From contig DATMBM010000004.1 of NCBI GenBank assembly GCA_035559235.1, positions 4,684 to 68,683 of the forward strand: a stretch of DNA of 64,000 nucleotides, given 5' to 3'. Position 1 is the first letter of the stretch; the number at the start of each line of letters is the position of its first letter. This DNA comes from Minisyncoccota bacterium (GTDB lineage: Bacteria > Patescibacteriota > Minisyncoccia > Phycocordibacterales > UBA2100). Shown piece after piece: positions 24,854 through 35,267 of the stretch. The notes below the pieces were generated by a model that searched no databases, was not told the origin of the DNA, and saw only the letters and a list, made by a program, of their open reading frames with translations. A program made the position numbers and the translations under genes.

Positions 24854-25753
24854 ATGACACAGACACTCAATTACAGTGCAGCGGTTGCAACGATCGCAGC
24901 ACTTGTCTTGTCCATGACGGCAGTCGGTACGGCCTTCGCAGGCTCGAACTCCGAACTCGATCTTGACATGGACAATGATGTGAAGATCAAAGTCACAAAC
25001 AACGCCAACGTCATCAGCTCGACCTCGGCTTCGGCTTCGACCGGCGGTAACTACGCTGGTGGCTCCTACGGTGGCAACGGCGGCAACGGCGGCGACGGCG
25101 AAGAGGGCGGCGAAGCAGATGCTGATGCAGATGCAGATGCTGACGCAGACCACGATGGCGACGCTGATGCAAACGCAGACGCGACGGCAAACGGTGGTGA
25201 CGGTGGTAAGGGCGGCAAAGGCGGCCGCGGCGGCGATGTCGGCGTTGGCGGCACGGTTGTGACCGGCGACGCGACGGCAAACGCTGGCTCGATGAATGTC
25301 GTCAACTCGAACGACATTAAGGTTGAAGGCTGTGGCTGCGATGCAGACCTCGGCGACCTCGATGATTTCGACGATGCCGACGTGGACCTCGAGAACGAGG
25401 TTGAAGTCGAGCTTCACAACAACGGCTTCGTCTACAGCCGCACGGATGCGTACGCTAAGACTGGCTGGAACAAAGCCGGCGGTTCTTCGGGCGGCAACGG
25501 CGGCGAAGGCGGCAAAGGAGAAGAGGGCGGCAAGGCAGATGCTGACGCAGATGCGGACGCAGATGCTGACGGCCACGATGACTCGAATGCAGACGCTGAC
25601 GCTGACGCCAATGGCGGCGACGGTGGCAGTGGCGCGAAGGGTGGTCGCGGCGGCGATGTCGGTGAGGGCGGTCTCGTTTCGACGGGCAATGCTCGCACCA
25701 ACTCGGGCTCGATCAACGTCGTGAACACGAACCTTGTTCGTGTAATCCGATAG
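24854..25753 (+). CDS. Secreted Gly/Asp/Ala-rich protein with two internal repeats
   Basis: Signal peptide (TAFA); two copies of TGxN-(GGx)n-(AD)n-(GGx)n-TG[DN]A...NVVN. Confidence 0.85.
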   Translation: MTQTLNYSAAVATIAALVLSMTAVGTAFAGSNSELDLDMDNDVKIKVTNNANVISSTSASASTGGNYAGGSYGGNGGNGGDGEEGGEADADADADADADHDGDADANADATANGGDGGKGGKGGRGGDVGVGGTVVTGDATANAGSMNVVNSNDIKVEGCGCDADLGDLDDFDDADVDLENEVEVELHNNGFVYSRTDAYAKTGWNKAGGSSGGNGGEGGKGEEGGKADADADADADADGHDDSNADADADANGGDGGSGAKGGRGGDVGEGGLVSTGNARTNSGSINVVNTNLVRVIR

Positions 25754-25892
25754 TTGCTCACAGAAGGCAGGGAGGCCCTCCAATGACTGCAAGGTCAAAG
25801 GACGGGTAAACAACTCCCTCCTTCTCATGGAAATCGAAGCCTCCCGGTTTGGGTTTCCATAGGAAGGACATTACAAGCGAAACCACGATCCT

Positions 25893-28856
25893 ATGAAAAT
25901 TACGCATCCGTACCTCATGAAAATCGCGAGCATCATTACAGTGTTCGTGCTTGTGTCCGTCTATACGATGCCGCTCATTACGGTGCACGCGGAAGGCGAA
26001 GGAGGCGGCGAATCATCGTCGGTTGGTGGCTCGGGAGGTGATGGCGGCAGTGGTGGAAGCGGAGATACGGGAGGCGCCGGTGGCAACGCCGGAGGCGGAG
26101 GAGACGCGAACAGCTCGTCTTCGGGCGACAGTTCTTCGACTGCCGGAGGAGGCGGTACCGGGGGCAGTGGCGGGGACAGCACCGGCGGAGGATCAAGCGG
26201 AACAGGAGGTGATGGCGGTGAAGGAGGCGCCGGCGGGAACGCGCAAGACACTTCTAATGGCGGCTCATCGGAAGCAACTGGCGGCAACGGCGGCGACGGC
26301 GGCAGTGGCGGTAATGCCGAAGGAAATGGCACCGCAGGTAGCGGAGGAACTGGCGCGGGAGGAGGAGATGCCAATGCGAACTCAAATACAGACAACGGAT
26401 CAGACGCATCAGCAGATGCGCAAGGCGGCAATGGCGGAGGTGGGGGAAGTGGTGGTGATGGCACTGGTGCCAATGCAGACGGCGGCAACGGCGGCGACGC
26501 CGGAACGGGGGGCGATGCGAACGGGAATGCCAACGCCAACGGTGGTGGGGACGCCGATGCGGGAGCGACCGGAGGCGACGGAGGAAGCGGTGGTGACGGT
26601 GGTTCAGGCGGGGACGCCAATGGTGCAACACCCGACGGCGCACCAACGACGATCGCTACAGGCGATGCGAATTCCTCGGCGAGCGCTGGTGGAAGTTCGA
26701 ACACGACTGATGCGACAGTCCCGCTCGGTAATGAGGCGAACGATGACGAGACTGAGCTCAAACTTGAAAACGTGCTCGGCGCAACGACTACCGCAACGTC
26801 GACGGCGGAAACGGGAGAGAACGTGATCGAAGAGGCTGAAGACGGGACCATCCTCACCGGCGCGGCAAACGCCTTCAGCTGGATTTTCGCGCTCTTCAAC
26901 GTTGCAGTCGTGAATTCGACCGGCTCCATCCATTTCTATAAAAATCCGGTCGGTGAAGCGTTGAATTTCACCCAGCGATTCGTTGACGCATTCCGTAACA
27001 TGGCGCGCGACGGCGCATGCTCGCTCGTCCGCTGCGACGGAATCGACGGCGTCGTCCTCAAGGTGTACAACGAAAACGTCGCAAATGTCGAAAATGTCGC
27101 CGTGTCCCGCGCTCAGTCGGGCGGCAACGATTGCAGCAGCACCGACGGGACTTGTGAAATCGGGACCGGAGACACCGACGCGATGTCGGGTATCGTAAAC
27201 GTCGGTAACCTCACGATGGTTGATTCGCGCTACCTCCTCCTCTTTATGGCAAATCAGGGTGACCTTGACGGAGACATCCTGCTGCCGGACGGCGCATTCT
27301 TCGAATCGCTCTCGACGGGCGCCCGCATCGGTCGTGCAAGTGATATCGAAGCGTCATCGACCGCAGAAATCATCGACACGGCATCCTCGACCGCCGAAAC
27401 CGGCGCCAATACGGCGATTGGCCCCGAAGGCTCTGTAATCGAGACCGGTGATGCGAACGCGCATGCATCCGACATAAACTTCGTAAACCAGCTCGGTGCG
27501 CCGATCTGCTTCATCGTCGCCGTTGGGGGTGAGTGGCGCGGCGACGTCGTGCAGTTACCAGGCATGTTCTCGCACGAAAGCGCGCCATTTGGCGAAATCA
27601 TCTGTGGTGCCGGAGGCTCCTCGCGCGATCCCGTAACTGGTCTGGAACTAGAAGTGGAAAACTACGCAAAAATCTTCAACACGGCGATCGCTGAGGCGGT
27701 CAGCGGCAACAACGAAGCGCAAGGTCTCCTGGCGAAAATCAAGACGGGTGACGCGAGCGCCTTCGCGCAAATCCTCAACCTCGTCAACGTAACGCTTATC
27801 GGACAGGACTGGATCTTCGCCAACTTTGCGATTTCCGGCGATTGGGACGGCGATCTGGTCTTCGGCGTGAAGCCGGGCGAGGACGACATCCTCGGTGACC
27901 TCATCGAGGAGCACGTTCTCGGCGTCTCCGGCGGCAGTGCAAGCGTCTGGAACCACCCGGAACCTAAAATCACCATGGTAAAGACAGCCGATGTCGAACA
28001 GGCGATGTCTCCAGCGACTGTTAATTACACGATCGTCGTGAACAACAACGGCGGTGACGCAACAGACGTCGTCGTTGTCGACACCATGAAGGGTCCGGAC
28101 GGCTCCGTAATCGGCAAGCAGATGTGGAAACTTGGGAATGTGAAGAGTAAGGAAGAAGTGAAAATCACCTACACGGTCGAATTCAAAGGCGATGTGACGA
28201 CGGGCTACTACACCAACACCGCAGTCCTCACCGGCAAGCGAAGCACCGGCAGCAGCCTCACCAAGGTGACTGCAACCGACGTGGTTGAAGTTGGCGTAGC
28301 CGAAGTGCTTGGGGAATCCTGCGCACCGATCCTGACCGAATACATCCGGCCGTGGCGCACAAATTCGCCGGAACAAGTCCGCTCGTTGCAGTCCTTCCTC
28401 AATGCCTACGAAGGAGAAACGCTTGCGGAGACCGGCGTGTACAATAGTGCGACGCAAGCAGCGGTGAAGCGCTTCCAGGGCAAATATGCGAGCGATATCT
28501 TGGCTCCATGGGGCATCTCGCAGCCGACCGGCAACGTCTACTACACGACCCAGAAAAAGGTTAACCAGATGGCGTGCGCCGACATCGACTTCTCGCTGAC
28601 ACCCGCACAGATCGCTGAAATCGAATCCTTCAAGGCGTCAACGAAGCAGAAGCAAGAGCAGACGATCCAGGAGGGCAATACCGGTGTGACGCCGAAGCAC
28701 CTGCTGGAGTTGCCGTTCGTTGCCGCGCCGGTTTTCTTCAAGACGGATGCGTCGCAAGGTCAGCCGGCATCGACGTCGGCGCTGCTCCAGCAGCAGTTGA
28801 AAGTCTTCGCATCATGGCTAGTGTTCGCGCCGCTTGTTGAAGCGTTCGAGATATAA
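25893..28856 (+). CDS. Large secreted Gly-rich TGDA-repeat protein with DUF11-like and peptidoglycan-binding-like domains
   Basis: Signal peptide (TVHA); ~210-aa GGx tract; five TG(D/A)(A/T) units; KTAD...YTIVVNN; FQGKYASDILAPWG. Confidence 0.85.
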   Translation: MKITHPYLMKIASIITVFVLVSVYTMPLITVHAEGEGGGESSSVGGSGGDGGSGGSGDTGGAGGNAGGGGDANSSSSGDSSSTAGGGGTGGSGGDSTGGGSSGTGGDGGEGGAGGNAQDTSNGGSSEATGGNGGDGGSGGNAEGNGTAGSGGTGAGGGDANANSNTDNGSDASADAQGGNGGGGGSGGDGTGANADGGNGGDAGTGGDANGNANANGGGDADAGATGGDGGSGGDGGSGGDANGATPDGAPTTIATGDANSSASAGGSSNTTDATVPLGNEANDDETELKLENVLGATTTATSTAETGENVIEEAEDGTILTGAANAFSWIFALFNVAVVNSTGSIHFYKNPVGEALNFTQRFVDAFRNMARDGACSLVRCDGIDGVVLKVYNENVANVENVAVSRAQSGGNDCSSTDGTCEIGTGDTDAMSGIVNVGNLTMVDSRYLLLFMANQGDLDGDILLPDGAFFESLSTGARIGRASDIEASSTAEIIDTASSTAETGANTAIGPEGSVIETGDANAHASDINFVNQLGAPICFIVAVGGEWRGDVVQLPGMFSHESAPFGEIICGAGGSSRDPVTGLELEVENYAKIFNTAIAEAVSGNNEAQGLLAKIKTGDASAFAQILNLVNVTLIGQDWIFANFAISGDWDGDLVFGVKPGEDDILGDLIEEHVLGVSGGSASVWNHPEPKITMVKTADVEQAMSPATVNYTIVVNNNGGDATDVVVVDTMKGPDGSVIGKQMWKLGNVKSKEEVKITYTVEFKGDVTTGYYTNTAVLTGKRSTGSSLTKVTATDVVEVGVAEVLGESCAPILTEYIRPWRTNSPEQVRSLQSFLNAYEGETLAETGVYNSATQAAVKRFQGKYASDILAPWGISQPTGNVYYTTQKKVNQMACADIDFSLTPAQIAEIESFKASTKQKQEQTIQEGNTGVTPKHLLELPFVAAPVFFKTDASQGQPASTSALLQQQLKVFASWLVFAPLVEAFEI

Positions 28857-28874
28857 GGAGCCGTCCTGAGAACC

Positions 28875-29396
28875 ATGAAAAGACTCTTCGCCATCAGCTT
28901 GCTTGCGATGGTTGCGGCGCCGCTTGCGGCGAACGCCGACTGGATCGAAGACGTGATTGAAGTCGTGAAATCAGGCAACGGTACAGTCGTCGAGTCGCAC
29001 TCTTCCGCTTCGACCGGCGGGCAGACGGCGGCGAGCGGGCAAACGGTTACGACCGGAGACGTGAGCGCATCGTCGCATACCGAAACGCGCATCAATGCAA
29101 ATTCTTCCGGCGGGGAGGTAACGGTGAAGGTTGAGACATCGCGAAACGGCGAGACGGAGACGAAAGAATATGCGCAACCGATTGAGCCGGAGGCGGGAGT
29201 GCATGTCGAAGTAAACGCGCATGCGACCAACGATGAGACGAACAGTGAGGTGCGAGTCGACGGAGAAGTTGTTGCGGAAACCGGAAGTGATTCACACGCT
29301 GAATCTAGTAGTACATCCGCCGGGATCTCGGCCTTTTTCACTGCGTCCGTGCCAAACTTTTTCAAAAAGGTGCTTTCCTTCTTCAGTTGGTTCTAG
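28875..29396 (+). CDS. Secreted Ser/Thr/Glu-rich protein with one TGDV unit
   Basis: AAGGAG RBS; signal peptide (AANA); ASTGGQT...TTGDVSA; amphipathic C-terminus. Confidence 0.8.
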   Translation: MKRLFAISLLAMVAAPLAANADWIEDVIEVVKSGNGTVVESHSSASTGGQTAASGQTVTTGDVSASSHTETRINANSSGGEVTVKVETSRNGETETKEYAQPIEPEAGVHVEVNAHATNDETNSEVRVDGEVVAETGSDSHAESSSTSAGISAFFTASVPNFFKKVLSFFSWF

Positions 29397-29541
29397 TACC
29401 GCTTCATCGGTGCGGCAGGCAGGCGCGCTACCATTGTGAAATGACCGAGCAGCCGCCCGCAACGACACCCGATGCTAAGCCGATCCCGTCCCCGGCGGAG
29501 CCGATGTAAGGTAGCGTTGGAATCTGTGCGATAATGCGAAG

Positions 29542-30528
29542 ATGGCGCGGCGAAAACGGCGCGGAATCGACCTTGGAGATTTTGGGTGGAGTCCGCGATT
29601 TTTGAAAGAAGAAGTATATGTCGCGACGTTTGTGCTCGTCGTATGTCTTTTTGCCGGTGCGGGCATGCTCGATCGCTACATCAAAGAGGCAGAATCCCCT
29701 TACATCGCAGCGGTTATAGCAGCGGTACTGACGGAGCTTGCGAACGAGGATCGGCAGCAGGAGGGGCTACGGGCATTGCAAACCAATCCAAAGTTAGTTG
29801 CAGCGGCCCAGCGCAAGGCCGATGACATGGCAGCGAAGGGATACTTCGCGCACGAGACGCCGGAAGGGCATAATTCCTGGCACTGGTTTCGGGAAGTAGG
29901 CTACGACTATGCGTACGCCGGGGAGAATCTTGCGGTGAATTTTTCTGAAAGCGCCGACGTCGAGAAAGCGTGGATGGCTTCGCCGACGCACCGCGAAAAC
30001 ATATTGAATGCGCGGTACACGGAGATCGGTATCGCGACGGCCGTCGGGACGTATAAAGGAAAGCCCGCGATTTTCGCGGTACAGATGTTTGGGCACCCAT
30101 CGGAAGCAGAGTTGCGATCGCGTGAGAGTGCCCCTGGCGACGTACCGGCTCGTGCGCCGGCGTCCGCGACAGCCACATCGGTCGGGGCGACGCTGGGCGA
30201 AGCGACAGAAACGGAAGAAGTACAGCCGATTGGCGCGCTCGCGGAAGAAGATGGTGACGCGGCGGTCATCGCCGAATCAGACATCCCGTGGTGGGCGTAT
30301 CTGGCAGCGCAGCCGAAGCAGACATTGCGATATGCATACTATGTGCTCGGTCTCCTCATCCTGGCGGCGCTTTTCTTTGACATGGAACTCGAGCTGAAGT
30401 GGCATCACTTCCGCCATGCGCGCAAAGCCGGATACCTACTCGCGACGATGTCCATGCTCTTCATCGCCGCCGACTGGCTCTTTTTTGCGGAGCCGACACT
30501 TGCAGTACTAGGAATATTGGCCCATTAG
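29542..30528 (+). CDS. Membrane-anchored CAP/SCP domain protein
   Basis: GYFAHE, AGENLA, WMASPTHRENIL. Confidence 0.9.
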   Translation: MARRKRRGIDLGDFGWSPRFLKEEVYVATFVLVVCLFAGAGMLDRYIKEAESPYIAAVIAAVLTELANEDRQQEGLRALQTNPKLVAAAQRKADDMAAKGYFAHETPEGHNSWHWFREVGYDYAYAGENLAVNFSESADVEKAWMASPTHRENILNARYTEIGIATAVGTYKGKPAIFAVQMFGHPSEAELRSRESAPGDVPARAPASATATSVGATLGEATETEEVQPIGALAEEDGDAAVIAESDIPWWAYLAAQPKQTLRYAYYVLGLLILAALFFDMELELKWHHFRHARKAGYLLATMSMLFIAADWLFFAEPTLAVLGILAH

Positions 30529-30579
30529 ATATCCACGGCTAAGCCTTTGCCGCCCCTTAGTTACAGATACAATCCGCTC

Positions 30580-31512
30580 ATGACCGTGCGGATTACGCAC
30601 ATCGTGGTCGCATTCATCGCAGTGGTGGTACTCGTTGGCGGCGCGTTTACGTTTGGCATGAAGTGGGGCGGGAATCCGGAATCGCAGGGCGCGACGGTTG
30701 CCGAGGCGATCGATAAAGAAGAGTTTTCCGAGCCGAATGAGGAAGACGGCATGGCGGAAGGCGCGGAGCCAACGTATGCGGTGACGAAAATAATCGACGG
30801 CGACACAATCGCCGTCTCGATCGACGGGAAGACGGAGACGGTCCGTCTCATCGGCATCGATACGCCGGAAACCGTCGATACGCGCGTCGAAGTCCAGTGT
30901 TTTGGCGCAGAGTCGTTCGCCAAATTACGCTCGCTTCTCACCAACAGAAAGGTGTCTCTCGAGATTGATGAGGGAGAAGGTGAACGCGATAAATACAAAC
31001 GACTCTTAGCGTATGTCTTTCGCGACGACGGGCTCTTCATCAATAAGTACATGGTCGAAGAGGGATACGCATACGAGTACACGTACGATACGGCGTATCA
31101 CTACCAAAAGGAATTTAGAGCAGCCGAGACGGCGGCAAAAAATGCACAGAAGGGGTTGTGGGCGCCAGATGCATGTCCTGCAGAAACACCGCAGCCTGCC
31201 GCGACGAAACCGCAGGTGAAAGGAACGACGTCGACGCAAACCGAAGCGGCAGCGACCCCCGCAGCCGTCACGCAGGAGCAGACTGCGCAAACGGAAACGC
31301 AAGCTCAACAGTCGCGGGAACCGGAGCATGAACCCGAACCGACCACGCCGCCAAGTGGCTCGTACACGTGTTCGTCCAACAAATACAATTGTTCAGATTT
31401 CTCGACCCATGCGGAGGCGCAGGCGGTATTCGAGCAATGCGGCGGCGTGGACAACGACGTACACAAGCTCGACAGCAACAAGGACGGCGAAGCGTGCGAA
31501 AGCCTACCTTAA
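30580..31512 (+). CDS. Thermonuclease (SNase-like) with C-terminal Excalibur-like Ca-binding motif
   Basis: IIDGDT, RLIGIDTPE, DKYKRLLAYV; NCSDF...LDSNKDGEACE. Confidence 0.9.
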   Translation: MTVRITHIVVAFIAVVVLVGGAFTFGMKWGGNPESQGATVAEAIDKEEFSEPNEEDGMAEGAEPTYAVTKIIDGDTIAVSIDGKTETVRLIGIDTPETVDTRVEVQCFGAESFAKLRSLLTNRKVSLEIDEGEGERDKYKRLLAYVFRDDGLFINKYMVEEGYAYEYTYDTAYHYQKEFRAAETAAKNAQKGLWAPDACPAETPQPAATKPQVKGTTSTQTEAAATPAAVTQEQTAQTETQAQQSREPEHEPEPTTPPSGSYTCSSNKYNCSDFSTHAEAQAVFEQCGGVDNDVHKLDSNKDGEACESLP

Positions 31513-31667
31513 TCCCGGCGGTCGCGAATGTCGATACCGAGGATGAACCCCAGGAGATCGATGAAGAAGCCGCCTATGGCGCGCGAAAGCGCGCGCAAAA
31601 TCCGCAGTTCGAGGATGACGGCGTCTGCGAAAAGTTCATGGAATCGATAGTGTGTGATGCGTTGCAT
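31509..31667 (-). CDS. Small hypothetical protein
   Basis: 52-aa amphipathic ORF filling an intergenic gap. Confidence 0.35.
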   Translation of the reverse strand: MQRITHYRFHELFADAVILELRILRALSRAIGGFFIDLLGFILGIDIRDRRD

Positions 31668-31759
31668 GTGCGGCTTGAGACGGGCTTTGTCAATGTCTCT
31701 TACAGCCAAAAAACCACCAAATTTGGCCTTTTCTAACGGACACGGTACTATGACCATTC

Positions 31760-33469
31760 ATGGGTCCGATCGTCCGCAACCTTTCATATGCACGAAACGG
31801 AGCGGCGGTCGCCCTTTCATTTTTCACCTCCGAAATTCGCGGTCTCCAGGCCGCCGCATACATCCTTGCGATCTCTTCGCTCCTTTCCTCGATCCTCGCG
31901 CTCTTACGCGATCGCGTGCTCGCGCACCTTTTCGGCGCCGGCATAGAGCTCGACCTCTACTACGCGGCATTCCGCATACCGGATCTGGTGTTTATCGGCA
32001 TCGGCGCCCTTGTCTCGGCGTACATGCTCATCCCGGAATTGTCCCGGCGCGATGAGACGGCGCAGAAGCGCTACCTGGATACGGTTATTGCAGGCTTCTC
32101 AATCCTCGTTGTGATTGCAAGCGCGGTAGCGTACGTCCTTGCGCCGCTCATTTTGCAGAAATTTTTCCCCGCACTCACCGTCGGCGATTCGTTTGCGACG
32201 CTCACGCTGTTAACGCGCATCTTGCTCGTGCAGGCGATTCTCCTCGGCTTTTCAAATATCGCCGCCGCGGTCACGCAGTTCAAACACCGGTATGCGCTCT
32301 ACGCCGCAAGCCCGATCGTCTACAACCTCGGGATCGTCGCAGGCGCACTTTTCTTGTATCCGCTGTACGGCTTGCCGGGCCTCGTTTGGGGCGTCGTCAT
32401 CGGCGCCGCACTTCATCTTGGGATCCAGCTGCCGCCCGCGATGCGTGACGGATTTTTCATCCGGTTCCCGCACTTCAAGGAGTCTCGCGCGTTTTTCGAC
32501 ACCATCCGGATCTCAATGCCGCGTGCGCTTGCACTCTCCATGAACCAGCTTGCGTTTTTCGGCCTACTGTCGCTCGCAGGGGCGCTTTCGGTCGGTTCAA
32601 TCTCGATCTTTATGTTTGCATACAACCTGCAGGGCGTTCCACTCTCTATCATCGGCGCAAGCTATGCGACCGCTGCGTTCCCGACGCTGGCGTACGCATT
32701 TTCGCGGGGCGATAACGACGTATTTCTCGCCCAGGTCTATCTTGCGGCGCGACAAATCCTGTTCTGGTCACTTCCGGTGATCGCGATCATGGTGGTGTTG
32801 CGCGCACACATTGTCCGCGCAGTCCTCGGCAGCGGCGCCTTCGATTGGACCGACACGCGCCTTACCGCTGCCGCGCTCGCGCTCTTTGTCATCTCGCTTG
32901 CCGCACAGGGCTTGACACTCCTCCTCATCCGCGCGTTCTATGCGTCCGGGCGGACCCTGGCGCCATTTCTCGTTTCTCTCATGACCGCGATCGTCACCGT
33001 ACTTCTCGGCGTCACCTTCCTGCAAATGGTGGGAAACCCGAGCGCGGGGAATTTCCTCGAGGCGCTCTTGCGCGTCGAGGGCGTGCCGGGCAGCTCTGTC
33101 CTCGTGCTCGCGCTCGCGTACGCGACATCTTCAATCATCGGTGTACTCGTGCTTGCGCTGTATTTTGAATCTCGCTTCGGCAATTTCTTCTCTGAGACGC
33201 GTCGCGTGTGGTGGCAGAGCCTCTGCGCAGCGCTCGGCGCAGGGATTTTCTCGTACCTCACGCTCCATGCAATCGGCGACATCGAGATCGGCTCGACGCT
33301 CGGCTCGATCCTGCTTCGCGGAGCCACGGCGGGCCTAAGCGGCTGCGCCGCCGCCGTTTTCGTCTACTATCTCTTGGGCAGCCGTGAATTGGCGGAAAAC
33401 GTGGCGACCCTTCGACGCCGCCTATGGCGCGAGGCCGAGCCAGTTGCGAGCGCGGAGCAGTCAGCATAG
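31760..33469 (+). CDS. murJ: Lipid II flippase MurJ
   Basis: LALLRDR, AAFRIPD, ~14 TM helices. Confidence 0.9.
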   Translation: MGPIVRNLSYARNGAAVALSFFTSEIRGLQAAAYILAISSLLSSILALLRDRVLAHLFGAGIELDLYYAAFRIPDLVFIGIGALVSAYMLIPELSRRDETAQKRYLDTVIAGFSILVVIASAVAYVLAPLILQKFFPALTVGDSFATLTLLTRILLVQAILLGFSNIAAAVTQFKHRYALYAASPIVYNLGIVAGALFLYPLYGLPGLVWGVVIGAALHLGIQLPPAMRDGFFIRFPHFKESRAFFDTIRISMPRALALSMNQLAFFGLLSLAGALSVGSISIFMFAYNLQGVPLSIIGASYATAAFPTLAYAFSRGDNDVFLAQVYLAARQILFWSLPVIAIMVVLRAHIVRAVLGSGAFDWTDTRLTAAALALFVISLAAQGLTLLLIRAFYASGRTLAPFLVSLMTAIVTVLLGVTFLQMVGNPSAGNFLEALLRVEGVPGSSVLVLALAYATSSIIGVLVLALYFESRFGNFFSETRRVWWQSLCAALGAGIFSYLTLHAIGDIEIGSTLGSILLRGATAGLSGCAAAVFVYYLLGSRELAENVATLRRRLWREAEPVASAEQSA

Positions 33470-33480
33470 GATGAGGCCTC

Positions 33481-35256
33481 ATGTCCGCCACCATCCGCAA
33501 CTTCTCAATTATCGCGCACATCGATCACGGCAAGTCCACGCTTGCCGATCGGATGCTTGAACTGACCGGCACCATCGAGAAGCGCGAAATGCGCGCACAA
33601 GTGCTCGACCGGATGGATTTGGAACGCGAGCGCGGGATTACGATCAAGATGCAACCGGTGCGGATGAGCTGGGGCGGGAACGTCCTTAACCTGATCGATA
33701 CGCCGGGGCACGTCGATTTCGCGTATGAAGTTTCCCGCGCCCTCTCCGCGGTCGAAGGCGTCGTCCTTCTTGTCGACGCGACACAGGGCGTCGAAGCGCA
33801 AACGCTTTCCGTCTTGCAAACCGCGCGGGACCTCGGGCGCGTCGTGATTCCTGTCGTCAATAAAATTGATGCGCCACACGCGCGCGTCGACGACGTAAAG
33901 AGCGAACTTGCGCTCCTCTTAAACTGCGACGAGTCGAGCGTGTTGCTCACATCCGGGAAAACCGGGCAGGGAGTCAAGGAGCTTCTGGACGCGATCGTCG
34001 AACGAATTCCGCCACCGGAGCCGCGTGGTGACAAGCTCCAGGCGCTCGTGTACGATTTTTCATATTCCGACCACCGCGGCGTCATTGTGTACTGTCGGCT
34101 CTTCGGCGGAACGGTTGCAAGAGGAGACGCGCTAAAACTCGCCGCTGCGAATGCGCAATTCAATGCGCTGGAAGTAGGCGTGCTCACACCCGACGAAGAG
34201 CCGCGCGACTCATTGACCGAGGGCGAAATCGGCTACATTGTCACCGGCATCAAGAAGCCCGGTATCGCGTCGGTCGGTGACACCGTCGTTTCGGCGCGCA
34301 TGTCCGCGCCCGCGCTTCCGGGATACCGGCAACCGGCGCCGGTCATTTGGGCCTCGGTGTATCCCGAATCACAAGACGATCTCGTGCAGCTGCGCCAGGC
34401 GCTCGAACGGCTCCGCCTCCACGACTCGTCGCTTTCCTACGAAGAAGAATCATCGGGCGTCATGGGAAAGGGCTTCCGGTGCGGTTTTCTGGGCATGCTC
34501 CATCTGGAAATCATCGTCGAGCGCCTGAAGCGGGAATTCAATCTCCCGCTCGTCGTCACGATGCCGACGACCGTCTACGAAGTGACGCGAGCGGACGGCA
34601 CAATCGAAGAAATTTATAATCCGGCGCGATTCCCTGATGATGGCACTGCAACGCGTGTGCGCGAACAATGGGTGAACATCGCGGTCATTACGCCACCGCA
34701 ATTTCTCGGAGGCATCACGCAAATCCTTTTCGACCACGAAGCGGTGGTGGGAGACACCGAAACGCTCCCCGACGGCAAGATCAAGCTCTCTGCCGAAATG
34801 GCGCTCAGAGAGCTGATGCGCACGTTCTTCGATAAGCTCAAGTCCGTCTCGTCGGGCTTCGCGTCGCTCTCCTACGAACTCATCGGTCTGCGCGATGCCG
34901 ATGTCGTGCGGCTCGACGTGCTGGTTGCCGAAGAACTTATGCCCGCCTTTGCTCGCATCGTCTCGCGCCGGCGCGTACAACACGAGGCGGAGCACTTGGT
35001 CGAGAAATTGGAAGAGCTGCTGCCGAAGCAGCTGTTTGAATTGAAGATCCAGGCGAAATCCGGCGGACGCATCATTGCCTCGCGGCGCAAATCAGCGCTT
35101 CGTAAAGACGTGACCGGCTACCTCTACGGCGGTGATATCACGCGCAAGATGAAGCTGCTTGAGAAGCAAAAGAAGGGAAAGAAGAAAATGCTGGCGCGCG
35201 GCAAAGTGGACATTCCGCACGACGTCTTTTTGAAGGTGATCCGAGGAGGGGAATAG
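33481..35256 (+). CDS. lepA: Elongation factor 4
   Basis: IAHIDHGKSTLADR, GFLGMLH, GGDITRKMKLLEKQK. Confidence 0.97.
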   Translation: MSATIRNFSIIAHIDHGKSTLADRMLELTGTIEKREMRAQVLDRMDLERERGITIKMQPVRMSWGGNVLNLIDTPGHVDFAYEVSRALSAVEGVVLLVDATQGVEAQTLSVLQTARDLGRVVIPVVNKIDAPHARVDDVKSELALLLNCDESSVLLTSGKTGQGVKELLDAIVERIPPPEPRGDKLQALVYDFSYSDHRGVIVYCRLFGGTVARGDALKLAAANAQFNALEVGVLTPDEEPRDSLTEGEIGYIVTGIKKPGIASVGDTVVSARMSAPALPGYRQPAPVIWASVYPESQDDLVQLRQALERLRLHDSSLSYEEESSGVMGKGFRCGFLGMLHLEIIVERLKREFNLPLVVTMPTTVYEVTRADGTIEEIYNPARFPDDGTATRVREQWVNIAVITPPQFLGGITQILFDHEAVVGDTETLPDGKIKLSAEMALRELMRTFFDKLKSVSSGFASLSYELIGLRDADVVRLDVLVAEELMPAFARIVSRRRVQHEAEHLVEKLEELLPKQLFELKIQAKSGGRIIASRRKSALRKDVTGYLYGGDITRKMKLLEKQKKGKKKMLARGKVDIPHDVFLKVIRGGE

Positions 35257-35267
35257 CGGCGGGAGCC

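Noticed and set aside
25070-26620. GGCGGCAAC and GATGCA tandem repeats as CRISPR or VNTR
   Set aside because: In-frame coding low-complexity repeats; no repeat-spacer pattern and no cas genes
24812-26929. Pro-rich and other antisense ORFs over the Gly-rich genes
   Set aside because: Mirror translations of GGx repeats
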